From Thermoproteota archaeon (GTDB lineage: Archaea > Korarchaeota > Korarchaeia > B14-G2): a stretch of 64,000 nt of DNA. The translations under genes were made by a program, and so were the position numbers. The number at the start of each line of letters is the position of its first letter. Position 1 is the stretch's first letter. This document shows positions 1 to 9,615 of the stretch, piece by piece. The stretch lies in assembly GCA_037917675.1 (NCBI GenBank), contig JAVCBW010000005.1:64001-128000 (forward strand). The letters run 5' to 3'. The notes under the pieces are model-generated. The model had not been told where the DNA came from. It did no database searches and worked only from the letters and a program-made list of their open reading frames with translations.

Positions 1-396
1 CGTCCAGCCTTCGATCGAAAACTCATGGGAAACTATACGGACGCCATCCCTCAGCTCTCTCTCAAACTTCGGTCTAAGCATGTTGTTTGTTGAAGTCAGG
101 AGGAATAGGGTAATCACATCCGCATCTGAAAGATCTACCTTGAACATGTCCATGTTTAGAACCTTAACCCTGTCCTGTAGCCTGAGATCCTCTACTTTCT
201 TCCTGATCACCTCACAGAGGTCTCTTCTTATCTCGACAGCTACAGCCCTAGCACCGAAGTCTCTGGCAGCCATGATCACTATCCTGCCATCACCTGCCCC
301 TAGATCATAGACTATCTCGCCAGGCCTCACCTCAGCTAGCTCAAGCATCCTTCTTGCTACAGGCTCAGGGGTTGGAACAAATGGCGCATGACTCAT
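1..396 (-). CDS. Class I SAM-dependent methyltransferase, aKMT-like protein lysine methyltransferase (3' end runs off window)
   Basis: Manual translation: MSHAPFVPTPEPVARRMLELAEVRPGEIVYDLGAGDGRIV...ADVITLFLL...LRPKFERELRDGVRIVSHEF; motif I DLGAGDG; not in ORF track. Confidence 0.85.
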   Translation of the reverse strand, partial: MSHAPFVPTPEPVARRMLELAEVRPGEIVYDLGAGDGRIVIMAARDFGARAVAVEIRRDLCEVIRKKVEDLRLQDRVKVLNMDMFKVDLSDADVITLFLLTSTNNMLRPKFERELRDGVRIVSHEFSIEGWT

Positions 397-397
397 G

Positions 398-565
398 CTA
401 TGACCCTAATGCCTTCTTCAATATAGCTACGACTTCGTCTTCCATTACAAGCCTACAACTCCCTTCTATGTCAGAGTCAAAGTAGGGGCACTCATTGCAG
501 CACTCCTTTGGGTCATTTCCAGCCTTCACACAGTAGAAGTACTTAGGGCATCTCTCGCAGCACAA
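398..565 (-). CDS. Small Cys-rich protein (55 aa, 8 Cys)
   Basis: TTG start after GGGTGGG SD; MCCERCPKYFYCVKAGNDPKECCNECPYFDSDIEGSCRLVMEDEVVAILKKALGS*; stop lies 1 nt before the methyltransferase ATG. Confidence 0.65.
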   Translation of the reverse strand: MCCERCPKYFYCVKAGNDPKECCNECPYFDSDIEGSCRLVMEDEVVAILKKALGS

Positions 566-720
566 TCAGCCCACCCTGTAAGCCATCCTCTGCAACGTTA
601 TCCCAGATGAGGTTATATCTGTTTCGCGTCGACCACATGGATCGCCTAGCAGGTACTCTGTGAGAAATCACCCCTAAGCTTAAAAGTGGCATCAAGTATG
701 CCTTGAGAGAGGGTGTAGAG

Positions 721-1929
721 ATGGCTAAGAACATCTACGTTGAGGAATACGCTGGAGTACCGGTAGCGGAGCAGAAAATGGAAATCGTAGAGAGAAAGGG
801 GGTAGGGCACCCAGATACAATATGTGATTCTATAATGGAGGCTCTCTCAGTAGAGCTGAGCAAGGAGTACCTCAAGAGGTTTGGTAGGATATACCACTAC
901 AATGTAGATAAGGGGATGCTGGTTGCAGGGAGGTCTGAGAAGGCGTTTGGAGGAGGTAGAGTTATAGAGCCTATGCTCCTCGTATTTGGAGATAGAGCAA
1001 CGAGATATGTAGGCGACGATGAAGTCCCTATAGGTGAGATAGCTGTAGAGACAGCTAAAAGGTGGTTTAGAGATAACCTTAGATATGTTGACCCAGATGA
1101 GCATGTGAGGTATCAGATTGAGATAAAGGAGGGGTCTGAGGAGCTAAGAGACATTTTTGAGAGGGGAGAAAAGGTTCTTGGAGCAAATGACACGTCAGCT
1201 GCAGTAGGATATGCGCCTCTAACACCTCTTGAGAAGGCAGTCTTAGAGCTAGAGAGGTATATGAACTCCAGGGACTTTAAGAGGAGGTTTCCTGAGACTG
1301 GAGAGGATATAAAGGTCATGGGCCTTAGGTTTATCGATGAAGTCGTGTTCACAGTCGCTATGTCCTTCGTAGACAGGCACGTCGAGAGCTTAAGCGACTA
1401 CTTCAGGAGGAAAAGCGAAGTACTTAATGATGTCAGAGAATATCTGAGTAGGAAGATCGACATGAAGTTTAGGATAGACTTAAACACGCTAGATGACCCC
1501 TCTAGGGGGATGGGGGGAGTTTATCTGACAGTAACTGGGACTTCAGCTGAAGACGCTGACTGTGGGGAAGTTGGTAGAGGGAACAGAGTGAATGGCGTCA
1601 TACCTCTGAACAGGCCTGTCAGCAACGAAGCTGCAGCAGGGAAGAACCCAGTGAGCCACGTTGGGAAGATATACAACATACTCTCACATAAGCTAGCTGA
1701 GAAGATATATGGTGAGGTACCAGGGATAAGAGAGGTCTATGTGTGGCTGTTAAGCCAGATAGGCAGGCCCATAGATGACCCTCTAGCTGCGACAGTTGAG
1801 GTTAAGCTTGAAGATGGTGTTAAGCTCACTGATGTCAGAGAGAGGATCACTGACATAGTTGACGGGGAGCTCTCGAGGATTTCAGATTTCTGTATGGAGC
1901 TTGCGCTAGGGAAGCATAGGGTATGCTAG
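721..1929 (+). CDS. mat: Archaeal S-adenosylmethionine synthetase
   Basis: EIVERKGVGHPDTICD, ANDTS, GEDIKVMG, GRGNRVNG, AGKNPVSHVGKIYN motifs. Confidence 0.95.
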   Translation: MAKNIYVEEYAGVPVAEQKMEIVERKGVGHPDTICDSIMEALSVELSKEYLKRFGRIYHYNVDKGMLVAGRSEKAFGGGRVIEPMLLVFGDRATRYVGDDEVPIGEIAVETAKRWFRDNLRYVDPDEHVRYQIEIKEGSEELRDIFERGEKVLGANDTSAAVGYAPLTPLEKAVLELERYMNSRDFKRRFPETGEDIKVMGLRFIDEVVFTVAMSFVDRHVESLSDYFRRKSEVLNDVREYLSRKIDMKFRIDLNTLDDPSRGMGGVYLTVTGTSAEDADCGEVGRGNRVNGVIPLNRPVSNEAAAGKNPVSHVGKIYNILSHKLAEKIYGEVPGIREVYVWLLSQIGRPIDDPLAATVEVKLEDGVKLTDVRERITDIVDGELSRISDFCMELALGKHRVC

Positions 1930-2582
1930 CTGAAGGAGAGCAGCATAGGATAGGAGCTACCATAGCTCTAGCACTCCTACTTGTAGCCTCATATGTGCTT
2001 GTGGAAGCTGAGGGAGGCGCTAGTAGGCTAGCCTATAGGTATGGGCTTGTACCTAGGCGTATAGTAGAGGGGAGAGCCCTGTATACGCTGCTAACATCTA
2101 TGTTCCTCCATGCTAACATCCTTCACCTAGCTGCTAACACCATAATGCTTCTGATTGCAGGCGGGGCTGTTGAGAGGAAAGCTGGAGGAGCCAAGCTTGC
2201 TATCATATTCTTTGCCTCAGGGGTATTTGGCGGGTACGCCTATGCGCTGACAGCTCCAACATCAACTACACCTGCAATAGGAGCCTCAGGTGGGGTATAT
2301 GGGGTTATTGCAGCCATGATGCTAATAGACCCATTTGCGATCACGTTGGTGGGCTTCATACCTCTGCCGGCTTTCCTCGGAGGGCTTATCTTGGCAGGGA
2401 TGGAGGTCTACTTTATCAAGGTCGGTGCAGCCGAGTATATTGCTCACACGGCGCATGCAGCTGGAATGGTGGTTGGGGGGCTTATGGCTATCGTACTTGA
2501 GCCTAGGAAGGCTATTAGAGGCCTCCTCGTGCTTGCTGCCACTCTTCTAGTGATCTACTACCTTTGGAGAGCTCTCCTCTAG
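1923..2582 (+). CDS. Rhomboid intramembrane serine protease
   Basis: TSMFLH..HL..N, GASG catalytic motif, AH..G motif, multiple TM segments. Confidence 0.9.
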   Translation: MLAEGEQHRIGATIALALLLVASYVLVEAEGGASRLAYRYGLVPRRIVEGRALYTLLTSMFLHANILHLAANTIMLLIAGGAVERKAGGAKLAIIFFASGVFGGYAYALTAPTSTTPAIGASGGVYGVIAAMMLIDPFAITLVGFIPLPAFLGGLILAGMEVYFIKVGAAEYIAHTAHAAGMVVGGLMAIVLEPRKAIRGLLVLAATLLVIYYLWRALL

Positions 2583-3027
2583 GCTTGTGCCTATAGGCTC
2601 TGCTCTCACTTATGATGTGAACTACCTCTATACCCATGGAGGACAGCGTGTCAGATATGTACCTGCGATGACATCTAAACCACAGAGCTTCAGCACACAT
2701 TAGAGCAGTTGTCCCTAGCTTAGATATCTCTATGAGCTCTCTTATCCCCTGCCTGTAGCTATCAGTCTTGGTGTACTCCTTGTATCCTCCTCTCCTAAAG
2801 CCACCTAGGAGGCTACCTAGCCAGTAGTACCTTATCCCAGCTCTCGCCAGCTCAGCTTCAAGCAGCTCCCTGTTGAACTGTGGGTTCTTCCTGGATCTGG
2901 GGAATCGCCTGACGTCAACTAGCACCTCCACACCATAAGCCTTCAAGATTGAAATCAGCTGGCTTAGCTCTCTAGCTGAGTGCCCTACCGTGTATATCCT
3001 GAGGCCATCTGGCAAGCTTAATACCAT
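2515..3027 (-). CDS. DUF488 family protein
   Basis: IYTVGHS, LVDVRRFP.S, LMCAE..W.CHR..I motifs. Confidence 0.85.
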   Translation of the reverse strand: MVLSLPDGLRIYTVGHSARELSQLISILKAYGVEVLVDVRRFPRSRKNPQFNRELLEAELARAGIRYYWLGSLLGGFRRGGYKEYTKTDSYRQGIRELIEISKLGTTALMCAEALWFRCHRRYISDTLSSMGIEVVHIISESRAYRHKPRGELSKGSRSLEEWQQARGGL

Positions 3028-3161
3028 GAGGCCCGTGTGCCTATGGCCTTAAATTTCGCTGTGCTCCTGCAGTCTGCAGGTGTCGATCAGAGTAGGATGT
3101 AAGCTTGAGCTACAGCGACAACTCTTATAAGCCTGTCTAGCCGCTTAGCGTAGGTGTTCAG

Positions 3162-4604
3162 ATGCTGAAGCCTGTTAGAAAAGACAGCTACATCTGGGAG
3201 ATACCCAAGGCACCTGAGAGAGGTATGAGAGTACCTGTCACAATATACTCAGATGACATCCTGCTGGAGAAGATGCAGAGCGATAGGACACTAGTTCAGG
3301 CAGCTAATGTGGCTGCTCTCCCAGGGGTCCAGAAGCATGTGATCGTGCTGCCTGATGGACATGAAGGCTATGGGTTCCCGATAGGAGGAGTTGCTGCATT
3401 CAACATCGATGACGGAGTGATATCACCTGGTGGAATAGGCTATGACATAAACTGTGGAGTCAGAGTGCTGACGACTCCATTCAGAGAAGATGATGTGAAG
3501 CCTAAGATGAGAGAGCTGATCAGCGAGATGTTTAGGCTTGTCCCATGTGGTGTCGGGAGCAGAAGCAAGCTGAAGCTGAGCTTTGCTGAGCTGGACAGAG
3601 TATGCGTCGAAGGCGTAAACTGGGCGCTCAGGAGAGGCTTTGGATTCCCAGAGGACAATGAGAGGCTTGAGGAGGAAGGGAGCATGGAAGGAGCAGACCC
3701 CAGGTATGTCTCTAATAGAGCTAAGAGCAGAGGGCTAGAGCAGCTTGGGACACTGGGCGCAGGAAACCACTTTCTGGAGATACAGGTTGTAGACAAGATC
3801 TACAGTCCAGGGGTAGCTAAGGAGTTTGGGATAAGAGAGGAGGGTATGGTAACAGTTATGATACACACTGGGTCAAGAGGCTTTGGGCATCAGGTTGCAT
3901 CAGACTACATAGCTGTGCTCCAGAAGGCAGTCAAGAAGTATGGGTTAAAGATACCAGACAGGGAGCTTGTGTGTGCTCCATGGGGTAGCAAGGAAGCTGA
4001 GCAGTACTTTGCAGCAATGGTGTGCGCAGTGAACTTTGCATTCACAAATAGGCATATAATAATGCATCAGGTGAGGGAAGCTTTTGGAAGAGTGTTCGGG
4101 GCACACATCAAGGATGAGATAAGGCTAGTCTATGATGTGTGCCATAACATAGGCAAGATAGAGGAGCATGAAGTCGATGGAAAGACGATGAAGCTCATAG
4201 TCCATAGGAAGGGCGCTACAAGAGCGTTTGGGCCAGGGAGAAGCGAGCTTCCGAAAGCCTACAGGAGCATAGGGCAGCCTGTGCTCATACCAGGTAGCAT
4301 GGGAACTGCTAGCTACATCCTAGTTGGGATAAAGGATGGAGAGAAGCTGGCTTTCGCCAGCACAGCACATGGCGCAGGAAGGCTGATGTCCAGAGCTGCA
4401 GCAGTCAGAAGGTGGAGAGGAGAGCAGATAAGTGGAGAGCTCAGCAGGAGGGGGATAGTCCTCAAGGCAGCTAGCATGAGAGTAGTCGCAGAGGAGGCTC
4501 CTCAGGCATATAAGGACGTAGATAGGGTGGCTGAGGTATCACATAAAGTTGGGCTTGCGAAGAAGGTTAGTAGGATGGTGCCTATCGGGGTCGTCAAGGG
4601 CTAG
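3162..4604 (+). CDS. rtcB: tRNA-splicing ligase RtcB
   Basis: PDGHEGYGFPIGG, GYDINCG, GNHFLE, HTGSRG, HRKGAT, HGAGR motifs; no intein. Confidence 0.97.
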   Translation: MLKPVRKDSYIWEIPKAPERGMRVPVTIYSDDILLEKMQSDRTLVQAANVAALPGVQKHVIVLPDGHEGYGFPIGGVAAFNIDDGVISPGGIGYDINCGVRVLTTPFREDDVKPKMRELISEMFRLVPCGVGSRSKLKLSFAELDRVCVEGVNWALRRGFGFPEDNERLEEEGSMEGADPRYVSNRAKSRGLEQLGTLGAGNHFLEIQVVDKIYSPGVAKEFGIREEGMVTVMIHTGSRGFGHQVASDYIAVLQKAVKKYGLKIPDRELVCAPWGSKEAEQYFAAMVCAVNFAFTNRHIIMHQVREAFGRVFGAHIKDEIRLVYDVCHNIGKIEEHEVDGKTMKLIVHRKGATRAFGPGRSELPKAYRSIGQPVLIPGSMGTASYILVGIKDGEKLAFASTAHGAGRLMSRAAAVRRWRGEQISGELSRRGIVLKAASMRVVAEEAPQAYKDVDRVAEVSHKVGLAKKVSRMVPIGVVKG

Positions 4605-5404
4605 TGATGCCCTTGAGAGGAAAGATAGCTGTAGCTGGCAAGGGAGGTGTCGGAAAGACTACCATAGCAGCCAGCTTAGCTAGGCTGCTCTCTAGGATGG
4701 GGCTTAAGGTGATAGCGGTAGACGCTGACCCCTCACTAGGCTTAGCAGCCTCACTAGGGGTGCCGCTTGAGGAGGTACGCCCTGTTCTCCTAGACAAGGC
4801 TCTAATAGCTGAGAGAACTGAGGTTTCAGGTGGATATGGGCTCTTCTTCAAGCTTAACCCTAGGGTTGATGACATAGTAGAGAAGTATGGGTTGCTTGGG
4901 CCAGATGGAGTAGTCCTTCTTCCTCTCGGGACAATAGAGCAGGCGGGATCAGGCTGCTTCTGCCCTGAGATAGCCATGCTCCGTGCCCTGCTAAGACATC
5001 TGCTGCTGCAGAGAGGAGAGGCGGTAGTCATCGACCTGGAAGCTGGACTAGAGCCATTTGGTAGAGGGCTAGCTAAGCACCTAGATGCAGTAATAGTAGT
5101 TGTTGAGCCTAGTGTGAAGTCTATCCAGGTTGCTGACAAGATCATTACCATGGCAAAGGAAAGTGGCGTGAGGAAGGTGTATGTTATAGGCAACAAGTGG
5201 ACAGGAGAAACAGCAGAGTTAAAGCGTATCTCAGAGCTGCTCATAGGAGTAGTGCCATACGATGAGCTAGTAGTTAAAGCTGATAGAGAGGGGGTTCCTC
5301 TGCTGGACTATGGTGAGAGCCAGGCAGCTAGCTCTCTCCTCGAGATCAGCAGGAAGCTAGTCAGCGAGCTAGGTGATCACGCTGATCGTGGAGGGGTGGG
5401 TTAG
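4604..5404 (+). CDS. CooC-type nickel-insertion ATPase (MinD/ParA family)
   Basis: Deviant Walker A GKGGVGKTT, DADP, GSGCFCP (CxC), DLEAGLE. Confidence 0.85.
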   Translation: MMPLRGKIAVAGKGGVGKTTIAASLARLLSRMGLKVIAVDADPSLGLAASLGVPLEEVRPVLLDKALIAERTEVSGGYGLFFKLNPRVDDIVEKYGLLGPDGVVLLPLGTIEQAGSGCFCPEIAMLRALLRHLLLQRGEAVVIDLEAGLEPFGRGLAKHLDAVIVVVEPSVKSIQVADKIITMAKESGVRKVYVIGNKWTGETAELKRISELLIGVVPYDELVVKADREGVPLLDYGESQAASSLLEISRKLVSELGDHADRGGVG

Positions 5405-6635
5405 AGGAATTAGGAAGCTTGGAAGGATAATGTTCATCATAGTGGATAGCAGAGATAACACTAGAATACAGCTTACCATCAGGAAAGAGGACAGCAGCAT
5501 ATGGGATGTAGCAAGTACCCTAACTCTAGAAAGTGTCATTAGGGCTGAGGGGGAGCCTGTTGAAGAGAAGATAGCGAAGGTAGACATGGAAGTAGCGCCC
5601 ATAAGCATAGAAGTCCTCTCGAGAGCAGACCCAAAGCTCCCAATAGACCCGACTGGCAAGACCCCAGCTCTCTTAGACACAAGACTGGACTATAGGCCAC
5701 TAGATCTCAGGAGGCCTGAAGCTCAGGCTGTATTCAGGGTTCAGTCTGCCCTGGTGGAGGGGATGGAATCATACCTGCGTAGCAGGGGGTTCATAAGGGT
5801 GTTTACGCCGGTCTTGATTGGAGCTACCTCAGAGAGCGGAGCAGAGGTCTTTGAAGTCGACTACTTCGGGAGGAAAGCCTACTTGAGACAGGATCCACAG
5901 CTCCACAGGCAGCTCACCATAATAGCTGGCTTCCCTAAGATATATGACCTAGGGCCAAGCTGGAGAGCAGAGAAGAGCCATACAACCAGGCATCTGACAG
6001 AATTCAACTCTATAGCAGTTGAAATGGCTTTCATAAGAGACGAACACGATGTCATGAGGGTTGAGGAGGAGATGGTCGTAGCTGGAGTCAAGAACGTAAT
6101 CGAGAAGTGTGAGAGAGAGCTCAGTTTGCTCAAAGTAGACTTAGAGAAGCCCAAGACACCGTTCCCAGAAGTCACGTTCCCAGAAGTCTATGATATACTT
6201 GGTGAAATGGGCTATGAAGTAAGGTATGGAGAAAGCTATGGGACTGAGGGAGAGAAGCTCCTCTGGGAGTATGTGAGAGAGAAGTATGGGTCAGATTTCT
6301 TCTTCGTCAATAGGTTTCCCTTTGCTGAGAAGCCTTTCTACGTCATGAAGGCTGAGCCACCCTGGGCTAGGAGCATAGACCTCATATACAAGGGGCTTGA
6401 GCTGAGCAGTGGAGGTCAGAGAGAGCATAGGTACAGCGTGCTGGTTGAGCAGATCCATGAGAAGAGCCTAGACCCTGAGAGCCTGAAGTGGTTCACTGAG
6501 TTCTTCAAGTATGGTGCTCCACCACATGGTGGTTTTGCACTGGGAATAGAGAGGTTCACAAAGCAGCTGCTAAACCTCCCTAACATAAGGGAAGCTGTCC
6601 TGTTCCCGAGAGACGTTAAGAGGCTGCTTCCATGA
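5373..6635 (+). CDS. aspS: Aspartyl-tRNA synthetase, archaeal type (start GTG 5373 or CTG 5382)
   Basis: OB-fold GWV, RLDYRPLDLR, WRAEKSHTTRHLTE, ELSSGGQREH, PPHGGFALGIER, LFPRD. Confidence 0.9.
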   Translation: MITLIVEGWVRGIRKLGRIMFIIVDSRDNTRIQLTIRKEDSSIWDVASTLTLESVIRAEGEPVEEKIAKVDMEVAPISIEVLSRADPKLPIDPTGKTPALLDTRLDYRPLDLRRPEAQAVFRVQSALVEGMESYLRSRGFIRVFTPVLIGATSESGAEVFEVDYFGRKAYLRQDPQLHRQLTIIAGFPKIYDLGPSWRAEKSHTTRHLTEFNSIAVEMAFIRDEHDVMRVEEEMVVAGVKNVIEKCERELSLLKVDLEKPKTPFPEVTFPEVYDILGEMGYEVRYGESYGTEGEKLLWEYVREKYGSDFFFVNRFPFAEKPFYVMKAEPPWARSIDLIYKGLELSSGGQREHRYSVLVEQIHEKSLDPESLKWFTEFFKYGAPPHGGFALGIERFTKQLLNLPNIREAVLFPRDVKRLLP

Positions 6636-6645
6636 GGCTTAGTGT

Positions 6646-8238
6646 ATGAAAGCTAGCTTGATTCTGCTGCTTCTTCTCCTCCAGCCCGCCTACTATCAAG
6701 GCAAGTACATAGATTGTAGAGTACATATGGAGGTAGCTGAAAGTTTAGAGGTCTATGTGACCCTGACATATGAGGCACATGGGATAGTGAGCTATGAGTT
6801 AGATAAGCTCCTGCCAGACCTCCATGAGGATGCAGAGGAGGTCGCCAGAGAGCTCTTTGGCAGGGAATTAGAGGTAGAAGTGGAGGCTATAGGTGGCAGC
6901 ACAGTCAAGTTCCGTGGGGCCGTGAGCAGTGTAGTGGAGGAGAGAGAGCAGGGGCTCATGGTTCTTAGAACAGGTAGTCTAACAGTCACTAAAGGGATAG
7001 GAGGAGAGAGAATACCTAGATACATTGTTGAGCTCGAAGTTGTGGCTAGGGGATTTTACTTGCTGTCAGCTAGCCCAAGGCCTGAGGAGAAGACAGCTAC
7101 AAGAGCTGTCTGGAGGCCTGCAGCACCCTCATGCATGGTGGAATTCTGTAGGCCTAGCGTATCTGTAGCCTGGAAGATATTGGATCAAGCTGGGAGAGAG
7201 GTGGGGTATCCGTATAGGCTCAATTTGAGCTCAGAGTACAACCTCACTATAGCCTGTGAAAGCATGACATGCATACCACTGAGGTTTTCAGCGTCTCTTA
7301 TCGGCTATAATGTGACACTGCCTCAAGACAAGGTGAGCTTCAGGCTCAGGCCAGCTGAGAGTAAGAGCTTCACTATGCCATTCAATGTCTCAGCAGGAAG
7401 CTGGATGATACTGCTTGAAGTCAAGGATCTAGAGGGGCTTGGAGTCTATAAGAGAATACTCATAGCAGGCATAGCTGGAGAGCAGGTGCAGGCTGAAGCT
7501 GAGGTCATTGAGGAAGCTGAGAAAGAGGAGGCTGAGAGAGCTGAGCTTCAACTGGATGCGATATACCCAGCAGAGGTGTATATTGGAGACAGCTTCCTTA
7601 TCGTTGTAACCGTCACGAACAAGATGAGTAGGAGGGTGGCTATTGAGCTACATGTCAGAGGGATAGGAGTTGAGCCTGCTGAAGCCTACGCTAGCAAAGT
7701 GGTTGATGCAGGGGCATCTAGCATGCTTGAGTTCAAGCTGACTGCAGTCGAGCAGATAGCAAAGATACGGATCCTCGCAAGCACATATGGCTTAAACTAC
7801 ACGGTAGCTAGGGATATCATGGTGAGAGCGAAACCTAAGCCAACACATGCATATACTCCAGAGGCCTCTCCATATGCTTCTCCTACCATGGCTGGCATGC
7901 CAGCTACGACGTTAGCTCCTCAGCTAACAGCGCAATCATGGAAGCTGAAGCTACTGGCTGCTTTGGTAGCAATTGCAGTAGCAGCGATAGCTCTATACGT
8001 GAAGCTGAGGCCTAGAGAGAGAGCTGTGAGCATACAGAGAGGAGGGCTCAGCCATGATGAGGCCAGGGAGCTTGAGGAGGAAAAAAGGAGGATCCTTAGC
8101 AGGATAAGAGAGCTTAAGGAGGCATATGATGCATCGCTGATCTCTGATAGAGTATATGAGGAGCTTAGAGAGCTGTATGATAGCGAGCTTAAGGAGGTAG
8201 AGAGGAAGCTAAGCAGACTTCATAGCGCCGCTAGCTAG
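6646..8238 (+). CDS. Secreted, single-pass membrane protein with beta-rich (Ig-like) domains, P/T linker, TM anchor and cytoplasmic coiled-coil/SHOCT-like tail
   Basis: N-terminal hydrophobic signal; TM LLAALVAIAVAAIALYV; tail LKEAYDASLISDRVYEELRELY. Confidence 0.7.
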   Translation: MKASLILLLLLLQPAYYQGKYIDCRVHMEVAESLEVYVTLTYEAHGIVSYELDKLLPDLHEDAEEVARELFGRELEVEVEAIGGSTVKFRGAVSSVVEEREQGLMVLRTGSLTVTKGIGGERIPRYIVELEVVARGFYLLSASPRPEEKTATRAVWRPAAPSCMVEFCRPSVSVAWKILDQAGREVGYPYRLNLSSEYNLTIACESMTCIPLRFSASLIGYNVTLPQDKVSFRLRPAESKSFTMPFNVSAGSWMILLEVKDLEGLGVYKRILIAGIAGEQVQAEAEVIEEAEKEEAERAELQLDAIYPAEVYIGDSFLIVVTVTNKMSRRVAIELHVRGIGVEPAEAYASKVVDAGASSMLEFKLTAVEQIAKIRILASTYGLNYTVARDIMVRAKPKPTHAYTPEASPYASPTMAGMPATTLAPQLTAQSWKLKLLAALVAIAVAAIALYVKLRPRERAVSIQRGGLSHDEARELEEEKRRILSRIRELKEAYDASLISDRVYEELRELYDSELKEVERKLSRLHSAAS

Positions 8239-8886
8239 CTCAATGAGCTTAGCATGGGGGTCTTTGCTGGCAACAACCCCAGATGATACCAGAACACCTA
8301 CTGTACCCAGCTCTATAGCCCTTGAGACATCCTCAGCTCTCTTCACGCCAGCACCACATAGAACAGCTACATCTGGCTCTCTAGACTTCACTAGCCTAAC
8401 AGCCTTCTCAATGACCTCTGGCTTAGCCTTGGTCACGCTTACGTCTCCTCCTATCAGCTCAGGAGGCTCATATGCTATATACGTAGGCTTAACTCCCATG
8501 CAAGCTGATACAGCTTGGATTGAGCTGGCACATACGCATGTTTCAAGCCTGAGAGCCTTGGCTTTCTCAGCTAGGTAGGCTAGCTCCCATATCCTGAGAG
8601 GCCTCTCAGAGTGGTTGAGGAGAACTCCTTTTGCACCAGCTTCTACGATAGCCTCTAATGGCACAGAGCCAGTGTGAGCACCTAGCTCAACTGCATCAGC
8701 AGATTGAGCCCAGCAGACTACTGAAGTAGATGAGGAGATCCTATAAAGCTCAGTGTGAGGAGGACACATCACAATCCTCACACCAGTCTCCTCTGAGATC
8801 TTCTCAGCACTCCTAGCTACCTCAACTGCTCTCTTCCCTATCGAGCTTGGATACACCTTCATGTTGACTACTATGATTGGCTGCAA
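8209..8886 (-). CDS. tpiA: Triosephosphate isomerase (archaeal type)
   Basis: VNMKVY, GAHTG, LLNHSE, AYEPPELIG, LCGAGV. Confidence 0.95.
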   Translation of the reverse strand: MQPIIVVNMKVYPSSIGKRAVEVARSAEKISEETGVRIVMCPPHTELYRISSSTSVVCWAQSADAVELGAHTGSVPLEAIVEAGAKGVLLNHSERPLRIWELAYLAEKAKALRLETCVCASSIQAVSACMGVKPTYIAYEPPELIGGDVSVTKAKPEVIEKAVRLVKSREPDVAVLCGAGVKRAEDVSRAIELGTVGVLVSSGVVASKDPHAKLIELASGAMKSA

Positions 8887-8887
8887 T

Positions 8888-9559
8888 TCACCACCTTGTC
8901 TTCAGTACAGCTCCCCTAGATGGCACTATGACCTCTATTCCTCTGGCTTCAGCTATGCTCTTGAACTGGCTCATCTCACCTGGCGTCCCATGGATTGGGA
9001 CTGCTATCTTCGCCTTCACAGCCTCAACCATCTTAACAGCATCTTCTACGCTTGCAGTCGGTGAAGGAGAGCCTACTGGGACGAACGCAACCTGAGCTCT
9101 ATGCTCTTCTAAGCTCTCAGTGTACCCTGAGTCTGCTCCATGTAGCAAGGCTAGAGCACCTATCTCCAAGACGTATAGTAGAGGATGCTTCCCAGGATGT
9201 ACTGCTCTGATGGCATGTATCTTGACGCCTGTAGCCTCTAGGCTGCTGCCTGCCCTAGCCTCATGTAGCTTACCCTCAGGGATCTTACCCCGTAGCTTCT
9301 GGTAGACATCTGGGTTCCCAACTATATGTGCTCCTGTCTTCTCGTGTAGGCGGATGGCTGAGGAAAGTGAGAAGTGGTCATAGTGCTCATGTGTATACGT
9401 GATTAGGTCTAAGGGCCCAGCTAAGTCTTCAGCAGCCACTAGGTCAGCAGGATCTATCAGAATGGCCTTCCCAAGAGCCCTGATGCCGACGCAGGAGTAG
9501 CCTAGATATGTGAAGGCTAGCTCACCCTCTTCTATGCTGACAGAATATAGCTCTCTCAA
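8888..9559 (-). CDS. Metallo-beta-lactamase-fold hydrolase
   Basis: THEHYDH, HGAD, PIHG motifs. Confidence 0.85.
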   Translation of the reverse strand: MRELYSVSIEEGELAFTYLGYSCVGIRALGKAILIDPADLVAAEDLAGPLDLITYTHEHYDHFSLSSAIRLHEKTGAHIVGNPDVYQKLRGKIPEGKLHEARAGSSLEATGVKIHAIRAVHPGKHPLLYVLEIGALALLHGADSGYTESLEEHRAQVAFVPVGSPSPTASVEDAVKMVEAVKAKIAVPIHGTPGEMSQFKSIAEARGIEVIVPSRGAVLKTRW

Positions 9560-9615
9560 GAGACCACCCTAAGCTTAGGAGCATGTAAATTAAATTATGT
9601 CGCCCTATGTGATAT

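Noticed and set aside
543-734. ORF-track 63-aa ORF, and a TGA directly before the Cys-rich ORF as possible selenocysteine readthrough
   Set aside because: The region spans the divergent promoter, the upstream frame has no coding features, and I see no SECIS-like element. The SD-TTG start explains the small gene.
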